Source of the DNA: Hyphomicrobiaceae bacterium
Lineage (GTDB): Bacteria > Pseudomonadota > Alphaproteobacteria > Rhizobiales > Hyphomicrobiaceae
Assembly (NCBI GenBank): GCA_035714005.1
Contig: DASTMQ010000216.1
Coordinates: 4,126 to 28,125, forward strand
Direction: 5' to 3'
DNA: 24,000 nucleotides
Shown one piece after another: positions 16,542 to 24,000 of the stretch. Numbering within the stretch: the stretch's first letter is position 1; every line of letters starts with the position of its first letter. A model generated the notes under the pieces. That model searched no databases. It saw nothing but the letters and a program-made list of their open reading frames with translations, and had not been told where the DNA came from. The position numbers and the translations under genes are program-made.

Positions 16542-16908
16542 CTAGACTTCGCGCGATCTCCTCGCGCGCCTGCGGCAACGTAAGCTTCGCCAGCGCGAAG
16601 TGACGGCGGGTATGGGCGCCGATCGTGACGAGCGGATCGGCCGCCAAGCGGCATATTTCGTCCCACGTCATCACCAAATCGGCGCAAAGCCCGCCCGGGT
16701 CGAAGCCCGTTTCCCGGCAAAGCTCGGCAACGAAGGCGCGGGCGTCGTCTTCATTGATGCTGCGCAGCCACCAATAGATGGCGCGAAAGGCCGCGTCCTT
16801 TTCCGCCGGGCCCTTTGCGCGCCAGCGCCGCTTGCTGCCGGCGATCCGATGCTCAGGCTCAGACACGCGGTCGAAGCGGCCGTAATCGACATCGACCATT
16901 GGCGCCAC
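16542..16908 (-). pseudogene. Polysaccharide deacetylase gene, 5'-proximal fragment (also lacks the expected N-terminal catalytic part)
   Basis: The translation ..IYWWL..MTWDEICRLAADPLVTIGAHTRRHFALAKLTLPQAREEIARS carries the H-x-x-x-H deacetylase motif. The frame opens only at GTG 16908, with an in-frame TAG at 16917-16915. No TFDDG-type motif is present. Confidence 0.75.
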
Positions 16909-16961
16909 TTTTACCTATCGCTGGCCGTGCTCTGGGGCTTGCTGGCAGGCACACGCCGGGG

Positions 16962-18812
16962 TCAACGCCCGGCGGCGTAGCCTTGCATGCCGCGCGCATT
17001 TGCGGCGGCCTTGCGTCTCCCCCCGTCCTGCGCGGCGGCGCTCAGGCGACCCTCCGACCAGTCGGGACCGACCTCGACCTTGTGGCCACGCCGCTCCAGC
17101 TCCTTGATCGTGCTGTTCGGCAGTCGTCCTTCCACCACCAGGACGCCGGGGCGCGCCGTGCGCGGCCAAAACGACAGGGGAAAGTGCTCGATGTGCCAGG
17201 ATGGCGCGTCGATCGCCTGCTGCAGGTTCATCTTCGGGGTGGCGCTGCTGGCGCGCGCATGGCGTAGGAACATCTGGCAGTTCCACTGCTCCTGCTGATC
17301 GCCGCCGGGCGTACCCCAACTCATGTAGGGCTTGCCGTCGCGAAGCGCCATGCCCACCGATAGGGTCGATCGCGGCCGCTTGCCCGGCGCAAGCGATCCC
17401 GGCAGCCCCTCCTCGAGCCAGAACATTTGTCCCCGCGAACCGAGCGGCCAACCGAGGGTCGGGATTACCGGCGAGGACTGCAGCCAGCCCCCCGATGGCG
17501 TGGCGGTGAACATATTGCCGGCGTTGTCGATGATATCAATATGCACCGTATCGCCGATGACTTTGCCCGAAGGGCTCACGGCCATGTCTGCACCATGCCC
17601 GCTGTTGAGCTCAGCAAAGGTGGGCTCGCCGGCGCCCGCGGCAGCCGTGCGGGGCTCCTTCACGATTACCCGACCTGCAAATCCTTGGATTTTTCCGGGC
17701 CGTTGTTCCAGCGAAGCCTCGTTGCCGACCAACCGGCGCCGCTCGGCGTTGTAGCCGTCCGACAGCAGCGTAGCGAGGGGCACGTCCGCGAATTTCGGAT
17801 CGCCATAAAAAGCTTCACGATCGGCGTAAGCGAGCTTGGCGCACTCGACCCAAAGATGCACAAAATCGGGATCCGTGGCGGCGAGCCTGTCGACGTCAAA
17901 GCCCTTGAGCAGCGCCAGCATTTGCAGGAGCACGGGCCCTTGAGTCCAGGCACCGGGCTTAAGCACGCGGTAGTTGCCGTAATCTAAGTGAACCGGCTCC
18001 TCCAGCGTCGGCAACCAGGTGGCCATATCGTGCGCGGTCAAAACCCCTTTGTGCCGCCGGCCGCTGACGTCCATGACGTCGTTGTGGCGACAGAAGGCGT
18101 CGATGCTTTCGGCCACGAAGCCCTGACTCCAGGCGCGACGTGCCCGTTCGATTTCCTGCTCGCGGCTTGCCCCTCCCACTTCCGCCTCCCGCAAGATCCG
18201 CTCATAGGTTTCGGCATGCTTGACGTTTTTGAACAGCCCATTCGGTCGCGGCACCTTGCCGTCCGGCAGATAGACTGCCGCCGACGTTGGCCAATGTTGG
18301 CGAAAGAGATCGGCGACAGTGGCGATGGTTGAGCAGCCACGTTCCACCAGCGGGTAACCGTTGCGCGCATAGCCGATCGCATACTCGAGCACATCGCGCA
18401 GCCGCATGCTGCCGAAGTCGCGCAAAATCAGCATGTAGGTCTCGAACGTGCCCGGTACACAGGCGGGCAGCAGGCCCGTGCCCGGGACAATGTCGAGACC
18501 GAGCTTGTCACGAAAATGGGCGATGCTGGCCCCGGCGGGGGCCGGCCCCTGGCCGCACACGACGATCGTCCTGGCGCAGCGCGCATCATAGAGCATCACC
18601 GGCACGTCGCCGCCGGGTCCGCACAGGTGCGGCTCCACGACCTGCAGGGCGAAGGCGGTCGCGACGCCGGCGTCGAAGGCGTTGCCGCCGCGCTCCAGAA
18701 TCGCCATACCGACGGCGGTACCGATCCAATGGGTGCTTGCGACCACGCCGAAGGTACCATCGATCTCCGGCCGGGTGGTAAAGGGACCGGCATTCATGTT
18801 GGGGCTAGACAT
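16962..18812 (-). CDS. Gamma-glutamyltransferase-family (Ntn-hydrolase) protein, no signal peptide
   Basis: 616 aa starting at ATG 18812, preceded by GGGAG with an 8-nt spacer. GGT-family blocks are present: VVASTHWIGTAVGMAILERGGNAFDAGVA, GPGGD, the putative autoprocessing/nucleophile site GDTVHIDIIDNAGNMFTATPSGG, and GTPGGDQQ. The N-terminus is not hydrophobic. Confidence 0.85.
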   Translation of the reverse strand: MSSPNMNAGPFTTRPEIDGTFGVVASTHWIGTAVGMAILERGGNAFDAGVATAFALQVVEPHLCGPGGDVPVMLYDARCARTIVVCGQGPAPAGASIAHFRDKLGLDIVPGTGLLPACVPGTFETYMLILRDFGSMRLRDVLEYAIGYARNGYPLVERGCSTIATVADLFRQHWPTSAAVYLPDGKVPRPNGLFKNVKHAETYERILREAEVGGASREQEIERARRAWSQGFVAESIDAFCRHNDVMDVSGRRHKGVLTAHDMATWLPTLEEPVHLDYGNYRVLKPGAWTQGPVLLQMLALLKGFDVDRLAATDPDFVHLWVECAKLAYADREAFYGDPKFADVPLATLLSDGYNAERRRLVGNEASLEQRPGKIQGFAGRVIVKEPRTAAAGAGEPTFAELNSGHGADMAVSPSGKVIGDTVHIDIIDNAGNMFTATPSGGWLQSSPVIPTLGWPLGSRGQMFWLEEGLPGSLAPGKRPRSTLSVGMALRDGKPYMSWGTPGGDQQEQWNCQMFLRHARASSATPKMNLQQAIDAPSWHIEHFPLSFWPRTARPGVLVVEGRLPNSTIKELERRGHKVEVGPDWSEGRLSAAAQDGGRRKAAANARGMQGYAAGR

Positions 18813-18893
18813 CAAAAAAGCTCCCATGGCTCAGCGTTGCTTGACGAGCGTAGGGTTCGCGATCGACAAATTCAACCGGCGAGGCGCATGGCG

Positions 18894-19784
18894 CTAGGCC
18901 GATTTTGCATGCGCCACCAGCGCGCTGATGCAGGCGTGCAAACCTTGGCGCCAATGCGGTAGACGCACGCCGAATACGCGCTCCAATTTACGACAATCAA
19001 GGCACGAATTGGCTGGGCGCTTGGCCGCCGTCGGAAACTCCGCGGTCGTGATCGGCAACACCGGCACCGGCGCAATTCCGAGCGGGCGAGCGGCGTCGAC
19101 AATGGCGGCGGCAAATTCGTGCCAGCTGGTCTCCCCCGTTCCAGCGGCGTGATAGATGCCCCACGTCGGCGGCCGGCCGTCCGCGATCTTGGCGACGATC
19201 GCCAGTATCGCCTCGGCGAGATGCGGTGCATAAGTGGGGTTACCGCGCTGATCGGCAACCACGCGCAGCTCCGGCCGCTCCTTCGCGAGACGCAGCATGG
19301 TGCGCACAAAATTGCTACCGTGCGCGGCAAAGACCCAGGCCGTTCGCAAGATGATGTGGCGGGGATTTGCCCCCGCCACTGCCGCCTCACCTTCGAGCTT
19401 CGATCGCCCATAGACGCCGGTCGGCTCGGTTACATCGTCCTCTTCGTAAGCGCCAAGCTTTGCTCCAGCGAAGACGTAGTCGGTCGAAAGCTGGATGATG
19501 GGACAGCCCCGGGCTGCCGCGGCCGCAGCCAGCGCGCCGGCGCCGTCGCGGTTGATCGCATAGGCCGTTGCCGCCTCGCGCTCGGCATTGTCGACCGCCG
19601 TATAGGCGGCGGCATTGACGATGAGGTCGGGGTTCAGCTCGGCCACCGTGCGCGCCATGGCCTCGGGCCGCAAAAGGTCAAAGCCCGGGCGTCCTTGCGC
19701 CACGAGCGCATGCGGGCCGCGGGCCGCGCACGCCTGCAAGGCCCGCGCAACTTGGCCTTGGGCGCCCGCGACCAGAATCTTCAT
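18894..19784 (-). CDS. rfbD: dTDP-4-dehydrorhamnose reductase
   Basis: 296 aa. It has MKILVAGAQGQVA (Rossmann GxxGxxG-like), NAAAYTAVDNAE, STDYVF and YGRSKLEGE (YxxxK), which together form the typical RmlD pattern. Confidence 0.85.
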   Translation of the reverse strand: MKILVAGAQGQVARALQACAARGPHALVAQGRPGFDLLRPEAMARTVAELNPDLIVNAAAYTAVDNAEREAATAYAINRDGAGALAAAAAARGCPIIQLSTDYVFAGAKLGAYEEDDVTEPTGVYGRSKLEGEAAVAGANPRHIILRTAWVFAAHGSNFVRTMLRLAKERPELRVVADQRGNPTYAPHLAEAILAIVAKIADGRPPTWGIYHAAGTGETSWHEFAAAIVDAARPLGIAPVPVLPITTAEFPTAAKRPANSCLDCRKLERVFGVRLPHWRQGLHACISALVAHAKSA

Positions 19785-19879
19785 GCCCTACTCCTACAGT
19801 GCCAGGCGCGCGCCGCGGGCGGCTCGCGTCTGTCGTCAACGGGCGCGTGCGTTGTCCGAACCCTAAGGGATTGGCGACG

Positions 19880-20929
19880 TCATGCCGTCCTGCGCCTGCG
19901 GGCCAGCGCGACAAGGGCCAAAATCTCGAACAGCATCTGCGCACCGGCCTGCGCCGTATTGGTGGTGGCATCATATTGCGGAGCCACCTCCACAACGTCG
20001 CCACCGATCACATCGAGACTAGCGCATCCACGCAACAGTTCCATGGCTTCTCGGGTGCTGAGGCCCCCCGCCTCTGGCGTGCCGGTGCCGGGCGCAAACG
20101 CCGGGTCGAGGCTGTCGACGTCGAAGGAGACATAGACGGGGCCATCCCCAACCACGTCGCGAATCCGCCGCACGGTTTCTTCCACACCAAGCCGCATAAA
20201 CTCCTCGGCGTGAACCACGGTCATGCCGCTGTCGTAAGAAAACTCCCAAAGGAACTCCGCGCCGCCACGGATCCCGATCTGGATGGTGCGCTCGGGATCC
20301 AGTACGCCGGCCAACACCGCCTGTCGGAATGGCCCACCGTGGTGAAACTTTTGACCTTCGAAGGGCGGACCCGTATCGCAATGGGCATCGATGTGCACGA
20401 GGCCCACCGGCCGATCCCGCCCCAAGACCTGCAAGATTGGCAGACTGATCGAGTGGTCACCACCGACGCTGATCGGCGCCACCCGCGCCGCTGCCACGGC
20501 CTCAAAGAAGCGTTCGATATCTTCGTGACTATCGCTCAAACTATAGCGGCTGCGAAACGGCACATCGCCAACGTCGCCAACCTTGAACTCGGCAAGGGGT
20601 GCCAGGCGATGCACGTGGTGATAGGGGCCGAGCCGTTCGATTCCGCGCACGCCACGCGGGCCCAGCCGGGCGCCGCTTCGATTGGTGACGCCGAGGTCCA
20701 TCGGCACCCCCACCAAGGCCACATCCAGCCCCCCGAAGTCCGGCGCGGCCGGGGCATCGAGCCGCAGTGGTGCGCCAAGCAAGGTGGAGACCCCTTCGTA
20801 GGGTTTGGGTCGCCGGTCCGTGCCGGCGAAGATCATGTCGGCGACCCTCTTGAATTCCGGGTTCCTAACGGCACCCGGAGCCTGCCCGGCATATTGGGCG
20901 CGCAGCTTTGTGAGCTTCCTTCGGTCCAT
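19880..20929 (-). CDS. Agmatinase/guanidino-acid hydrolase family ureohydrolase
   Basis: 349 aa with arginase-fold Mn-binding motifs: GGDHSISLP, VHIDAHCDT and SFDVDSLDPAFAPGTGTPEAGG. Substrate specificity cannot be read from the sequence. Confidence 0.85.
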   Translation of the reverse strand: MDRRKLTKLRAQYAGQAPGAVRNPEFKRVADMIFAGTDRRPKPYEGVSTLLGAPLRLDAPAAPDFGGLDVALVGVPMDLGVTNRSGARLGPRGVRGIERLGPYHHVHRLAPLAEFKVGDVGDVPFRSRYSLSDSHEDIERFFEAVAAARVAPISVGGDHSISLPILQVLGRDRPVGLVHIDAHCDTGPPFEGQKFHHGGPFRQAVLAGVLDPERTIQIGIRGGAEFLWEFSYDSGMTVVHAEEFMRLGVEETVRRIRDVVGDGPVYVSFDVDSLDPAFAPGTGTPEAGGLSTREAMELLRGCASLDVIGGDVVEVAPQYDATTNTAQAGAQMLFEILALVALARRRRTA

Positions 20930-21102
20930 GCCAAACTCGTCGCTTTACTCGTGATGGCGCCAATGGGTGGCAAACGTCCCGCCCGGCTCCAGCACGGTTA
21001 GGCCGCCCCAGTGTTAGCGCTTGTCATGCATGATTGCCGTACATTTCGCCGCCTTTGTGCACAATAGAAGGTTTCCCGTGGATGCGCCGGCGCTCGCAGC
21101 GC

Positions 21103-21390
21103 TCAGCCGATGACATGCTCCACTTGTTCAAAGCTATCGGTGCGCGGCGGGGATTTGAGCACGCTGGCAAGCTCCCCCCATACGGCTTGCAAGCGCGCAA
21201 GCGCTTTTTTCGCGGCATCTTCGCTCTCATAGGCGGCCACCACCACACCGCGGCCGTCGCCGCGCCAGGCCACGTAAATGTCCACAACACCGGCCAGGCT
21301 TTTGGCAATGGGTGCAATCTTCGCGATTTTGTCCGATAGCTTGGACACGTCTGAGGGGTCGACCTCAAATGTCGTAACGCGCACATACAT
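21103..21390 (-). CDS. Small hypothetical protein (95 aa), possibly with a ferredoxin-like/ABM-type fold
   Basis: ATG 21390 is preceded by a strong AAGGAGG with a 7-nt spacer. The translation is MYVRVTTFEVDP..VVAAYESEDAAKKA... The fold guess is weak. The longer 127-aa version is rejected. Confidence 0.6.
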   Translation of the reverse strand: MYVRVTTFEVDPSDVSKLSDKIAKIAPIAKSLAGVVDIYVAWRGDGRGVVVAAYESEDAAKKALARLQAVWGELASVLKSPPRTDSFEQVEHVIG

Positions 21391-21541
21391 CGGCCTGCCT
21401 CCTTTGTGATCCCAGGCCCCGGCCGGCGCCACGTTCGAGGACCAGGGCCGGCGGCTCGTCGACGCCGACGCGCTTGACCATGCCAACTACCTCGGCATCA
21501 AATGGCTTACAAGAACGATGCCGTTTGCAGGAGATGAAAAG

Positions 21542-23113
21542 ATGAGAACGCGCGTAGCGATGGCCTGCCTGGCGCTGGTCGCGGGCCAGCCGTCCCTGGC
21601 CGTTGCCGAGGCGCCCAAAAAGGGCGGGACGCTCACCTACGCCGTGACAGCGGAGGCGCCAACAACGGACTGTCATGCCACCACCACTTACGCCGCCATC
21701 CATGTGCTGGCGCCACACTATTCCCTGCTCGTTAGGGTCGATGCGGACAACTATCCAAAATTAAAGCCAGATGTGGCGGAGAGTTGGAGCGTATCGTCGG
21801 ATGGCTTGACCTATACCTTCAAGGTCCGTCCGAATGCTGTTTTCCATGACGGCAGCCCGCTGACCTCGAAGGATATCAAGGCCACTTTCGACCGCTTGCG
21901 TGCGCCCCCGGCCGGCATCATTTCCATTCGCCAAGCCTTGTTCGCCGATATCCTCAGTATTGAGACGCCAGACCCGAGCACCGTGGTTATGAAGCTGAAG
22001 GCACCGGATGCCTCCTTCCTCGATACGCTGGCGCTCCCCTACAACTGCATTTATAGCGCAGCCCGGCTCGCCCAAGATGCAAATTATCCGGCCAAGACGG
22101 TCATGGGCAGCGGACCGTTCGTCTTTGTCGAGCACGTCAACGGATCGCACTGGATCGGCAAGCGCTTCGATAGCTATTGGGACAGCAACAAGCCCTATCT
22201 CGACGGTTTCCGCGCCACCTTCATTAAGTCGCAGGCCGTCGTAACGGCTTTGCAAGGCGGCCAGATCCAGGCCGAATTCCGCAGCATTTCACCTGGCGAA
22301 CGTACGCAACTCCTCAACAGCCTCAAGGATCGCATTGCGGTTCAGGAATCGCCATGGGTATGCAAGATCGACCTGCTCTTCAACACGCAAGCGAAACCGT
22401 TCGACAACCCAAAGATCCGCCAGGCGCTATCCTTGGCGGTCGATCGCTGGCAAGCCTCCGACGCGCTCTCGAAAATTACGATTGTCAAGCCAGTTGGCGG
22501 CCCGCTCTTGCCCGGATCGCCACTTGCCCTCAGCAACGAAGAGCTTGCCAGCCTGCCAGGCTACGGGCGCGATATTGAAAAATCACGAGCCGAGGCCAAG
22601 CGCCTGTTGGCCGAAGCCGGCGTCCAGGACCTTAAATTCAAGCTGATCAATCGCAACGTCAACCATCCCTTTACGCCGGTCGGCGTCTTTATGGTCGACC
22701 AATTCCGACGTATCGGCGTCACGGCGGAGCATGCGCAGCTCGACGTCTCCCAGCAGAAGGCGGCGATTGCAAACGGCGACTATCAGGTGGCAATAGATGC
22801 GTTCTGTGCCGACACGGACGATGCCGGACCGCTGCTGCTACCCTACCTTTCCAAGGAACGTTCGCCACGCAATATGACGCGCAACAGCAATCCGCAGCTT
22901 GATGCCATCTACGACCAATTCAAAGGCGCAAGCGATGCGGCGGCGCGCCTGCAGCTGGCGAAGGATATGCAGCGCAAGGTCATAGTGGATGCCAACAGTA
23001 TTCCGGTGATTTGGTACAGCCGGATCGTGGCACACGTATCGAACATGAAAGGCTGGAAGATCATCCCGTCGCATTTCGCCAATCAGGATCTGGGTGACAT
23101 CTGGCTCGAGTAG
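21542..23113 (+). CDS. ABC transporter substrate-binding protein, family 5 (peptide/nickel/opine type)
   Basis: 523 aa starting at ATG 21542, preceded by AGGAG with an 8-nt spacer. It has a signal peptide (MRTRVAMACLALVAGQPSLAVAEA) followed by PKKGGTLTYAV.. and a family-5 SBP-like sequence throughout. No permease or ATPase gene follows it. Confidence 0.85.
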   Translation: MRTRVAMACLALVAGQPSLAVAEAPKKGGTLTYAVTAEAPTTDCHATTTYAAIHVLAPHYSLLVRVDADNYPKLKPDVAESWSVSSDGLTYTFKVRPNAVFHDGSPLTSKDIKATFDRLRAPPAGIISIRQALFADILSIETPDPSTVVMKLKAPDASFLDTLALPYNCIYSAARLAQDANYPAKTVMGSGPFVFVEHVNGSHWIGKRFDSYWDSNKPYLDGFRATFIKSQAVVTALQGGQIQAEFRSISPGERTQLLNSLKDRIAVQESPWVCKIDLLFNTQAKPFDNPKIRQALSLAVDRWQASDALSKITIVKPVGGPLLPGSPLALSNEELASLPGYGRDIEKSRAEAKRLLAEAGVQDLKFKLINRNVNHPFTPVGVFMVDQFRRIGVTAEHAQLDVSQQKAAIANGDYQVAIDAFCADTDDAGPLLLPYLSKERSPRNMTRNSNPQLDAIYDQFKGASDAAARLQLAKDMQRKVIVDANSIPVIWYSRIVAHVSNMKGWKIIPSHFANQDLGDIWLE

Positions 23114-23267
23114 CCCGTTCGCGGTCGCCGCACGTGCTCCTGCTTTAGCTTGGCCTGCGGCACCCCCCGCGGCGGCAGCGCTGCCGCGCTTGCCGCGCGC
23201 GGTCGTGCTTGCTAGAAAGCTCGTGGGTACGGAGACCCGCGGACGTCCCGCCGCCTCTTCCGCCTCT

Positions 23268-23341
23268 TGGGGAATAGTTTAATGGTAGAACAGCGGACTC
23301 TGACTCCGCTAGTCTAGGTTCGAATCCTAGTTCCCCAGCCA
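23268..23341 (+). tRNA. tRNA-Gln (anticodon CTG)
   Basis: 74-nt cloverleaf folded by hand. The acceptor stem is TGGGGAA/TTCCCCA and the D arm is GTTT-AATGGTA-GAAC. The anticodon arm is GCGGA-CTCTGAC-TCCGC, giving anticodon CTG. The T arm is CTAGG-TTCGAAT-CCTAG. Discriminator G and CCA are encoded. Confidence 0.93.
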
Positions 23342-23370
23342 ACGAAATCAAAAACTTACAACAGTCCCGC

Positions 23371-24000
23371 TCAAGGATCGAGCCTTTTTGCGGGAGTTTT
23401 GCGGGAGCAAGTCGCGAACGCCCCCCGCAAGACGACCATCTCTGGCCAACGGCCGTCCCGCTCGCATGCCTTGTCGGCCGCCTCGATCAACCGGGACAGC
23501 TCGGCCGCCGAATAATGCGAGGTGATGCGACCCGAGCGATGCCCGAGCAGATCCTGACGATCCTCGAAGCTCACGCCAACCGCTCGGAGGCGTCGGCCGA
23601 ACGTGTGCTTCAGGTCATGAACACGGACCTGCTCCAGGTCCGCTCGTGCACGAGCTTTCTTCCAGGCGGAGTTCAACATGTGTTTGACCGGCGCGCCTTC
23701 GAAGGTGAACACATTCGTCACATGCTGGCCACGCCTGGCTTCAACGACCGAGCGAGCGATTCGATTGAGAACCACCACCCGCTCGTCGCCGTTCTTGACC
23801 CACGACCTCGGGATAATGAAGACCGAGGTGTCGAGTTCCGGCACATTGACCTCCCAATCCCACAATAAGTTGCAGATCTCCGCATCGCGGCAGCCGGTAT
23901 TCACGGCAAACAAGGCCATTTCCGCCAAGTGGCTCGGCAGCTCGCTGAAGAGTTTGGTCTGCTCGCCCCAGCTCAATGGATACGGTGCTCGTCTGTCATG
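23371..24000 (-). CDS. Tyrosine-type site-specific recombinase/integrase (partial; the 5' end lies beyond the window)
   Basis: The frame is open to base 24000 (..HDRRAPYPLSWGEQ..). The catalytic domain is intact: NTGCRDAE (Arg), VHDLKHTFGRRL (His-x-x-Arg), LLGH, and ITSHY (Tyr nucleophile). The stop codon lies 29 bp from the tRNA-Gln 3' end. Confidence 0.88.
   Translation of the reverse strand, partial: HDRRAPYPLSWGEQTKLFSELPSHLAEMALFAVNTGCRDAEICNLLWDWEVNVPELDTSVFIIPRSWVKNGDERVVVLNRIARSVVEARRGQHVTNVFTFEGAPVKHMLNSAWKKARARADLEQVRVHDLKHTFGRRLRAVGVSFEDRQDLLGHRSGRITSHYSAAELSRLIEAADKACERDGRWPEMVVLRGAFATCSRKTPAKRLDP

Noticed and set aside
19119-21001. 338-aa and 400-aa plus-strand ORFs antisense to rfbD and the agmatinase-family gene.
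   Set aside because: These are shadow ORFs opposite genes with clear catalytic motifs. Their translations are Arg/Ala/Gly-rich.
23172-23218. 16-bp palindrome gcggcagcgctgccgc after the SBP stop, and a TTGCCG-17-TAGAAA pattern upstream of the tRNA.
   Set aside because: The palindrome has no loop or U-tract, and the promoter-like match is weak in a GC-rich background. Neither is strong enough to annotate as a terminator or promoter.
23145-23351. 68-aa minus-strand ORF.
   Set aside because: It overlaps the tRNA-Gln gene on the opposite strand, so it is spurious.
1-24000. Looked for CRISPR arrays, tandem repeats, and defence, toxin-antitoxin, secretion or biosynthetic clusters that could be an undescribed system.
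   Set aside because: I saw no repeat-spacer periodicity and no unexplained multi-gene block. Every stretch over ~320 bp is accounted for by a recognisable gene, the IS or a gene remnant. The only pointer to novelty is the integrase at the right edge, whose cargo lies outside the window.

Overview
This is a high-GC chromosomal segment that looks alphaproteobacterial (Rhizobiales-like). That placement is an inference from gene content and order: priA next to atpH-atpA, a BA14K-family gene, DUF374-waaA-lpxK, DUF4170 and ctaA. Positions 1 to about 15.1 kb are housekeeping genes, nearly all on the minus strand: atpA, atpH, a BA14K-like secreted protein (+), priA, a short transaldolase (+), a small hypothetical ORF, a cold-shock protein, lpxK, a DUF374::KdtA/WaaA single ORF, an MsbA-like ABC exporter, DUF4170, ubiA, a HAD hydrolase and ctaA. 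Positions 15.2 to 23.1 kb look more accessory. They hold a polysaccharide-deacetylase remnant split by a complete 1052-bp IS481-family element, a long signal-peptide-less gamma-glutamyltransferase-family gene, a lone rmlD/rfbD, an agmatinase-family ureohydrolase, a 95-aa protein and a solitary family-5 ABC substrate-binding protein. The right edge carries tRNA-Gln(CUG), followed 29 bp later by the 3' end of a tyrosine-recombinase gene that runs off the window. This is probably the boundary of an integrated element whose cargo lies outside the window. I found no CRISPR array, no recognisable defence, toxin-antitoxin or secretion cluster, and no self-contained novel multi-gene system inside these 24 kb. 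The best leads are the tRNA/integrase junction, the IS insertion architecture and the DUF374-WaaA fusion. The many long ORFs antisense to the real genes are high-GC artefacts. All functional calls come from reading motifs in the supplied translations; no database search was run.
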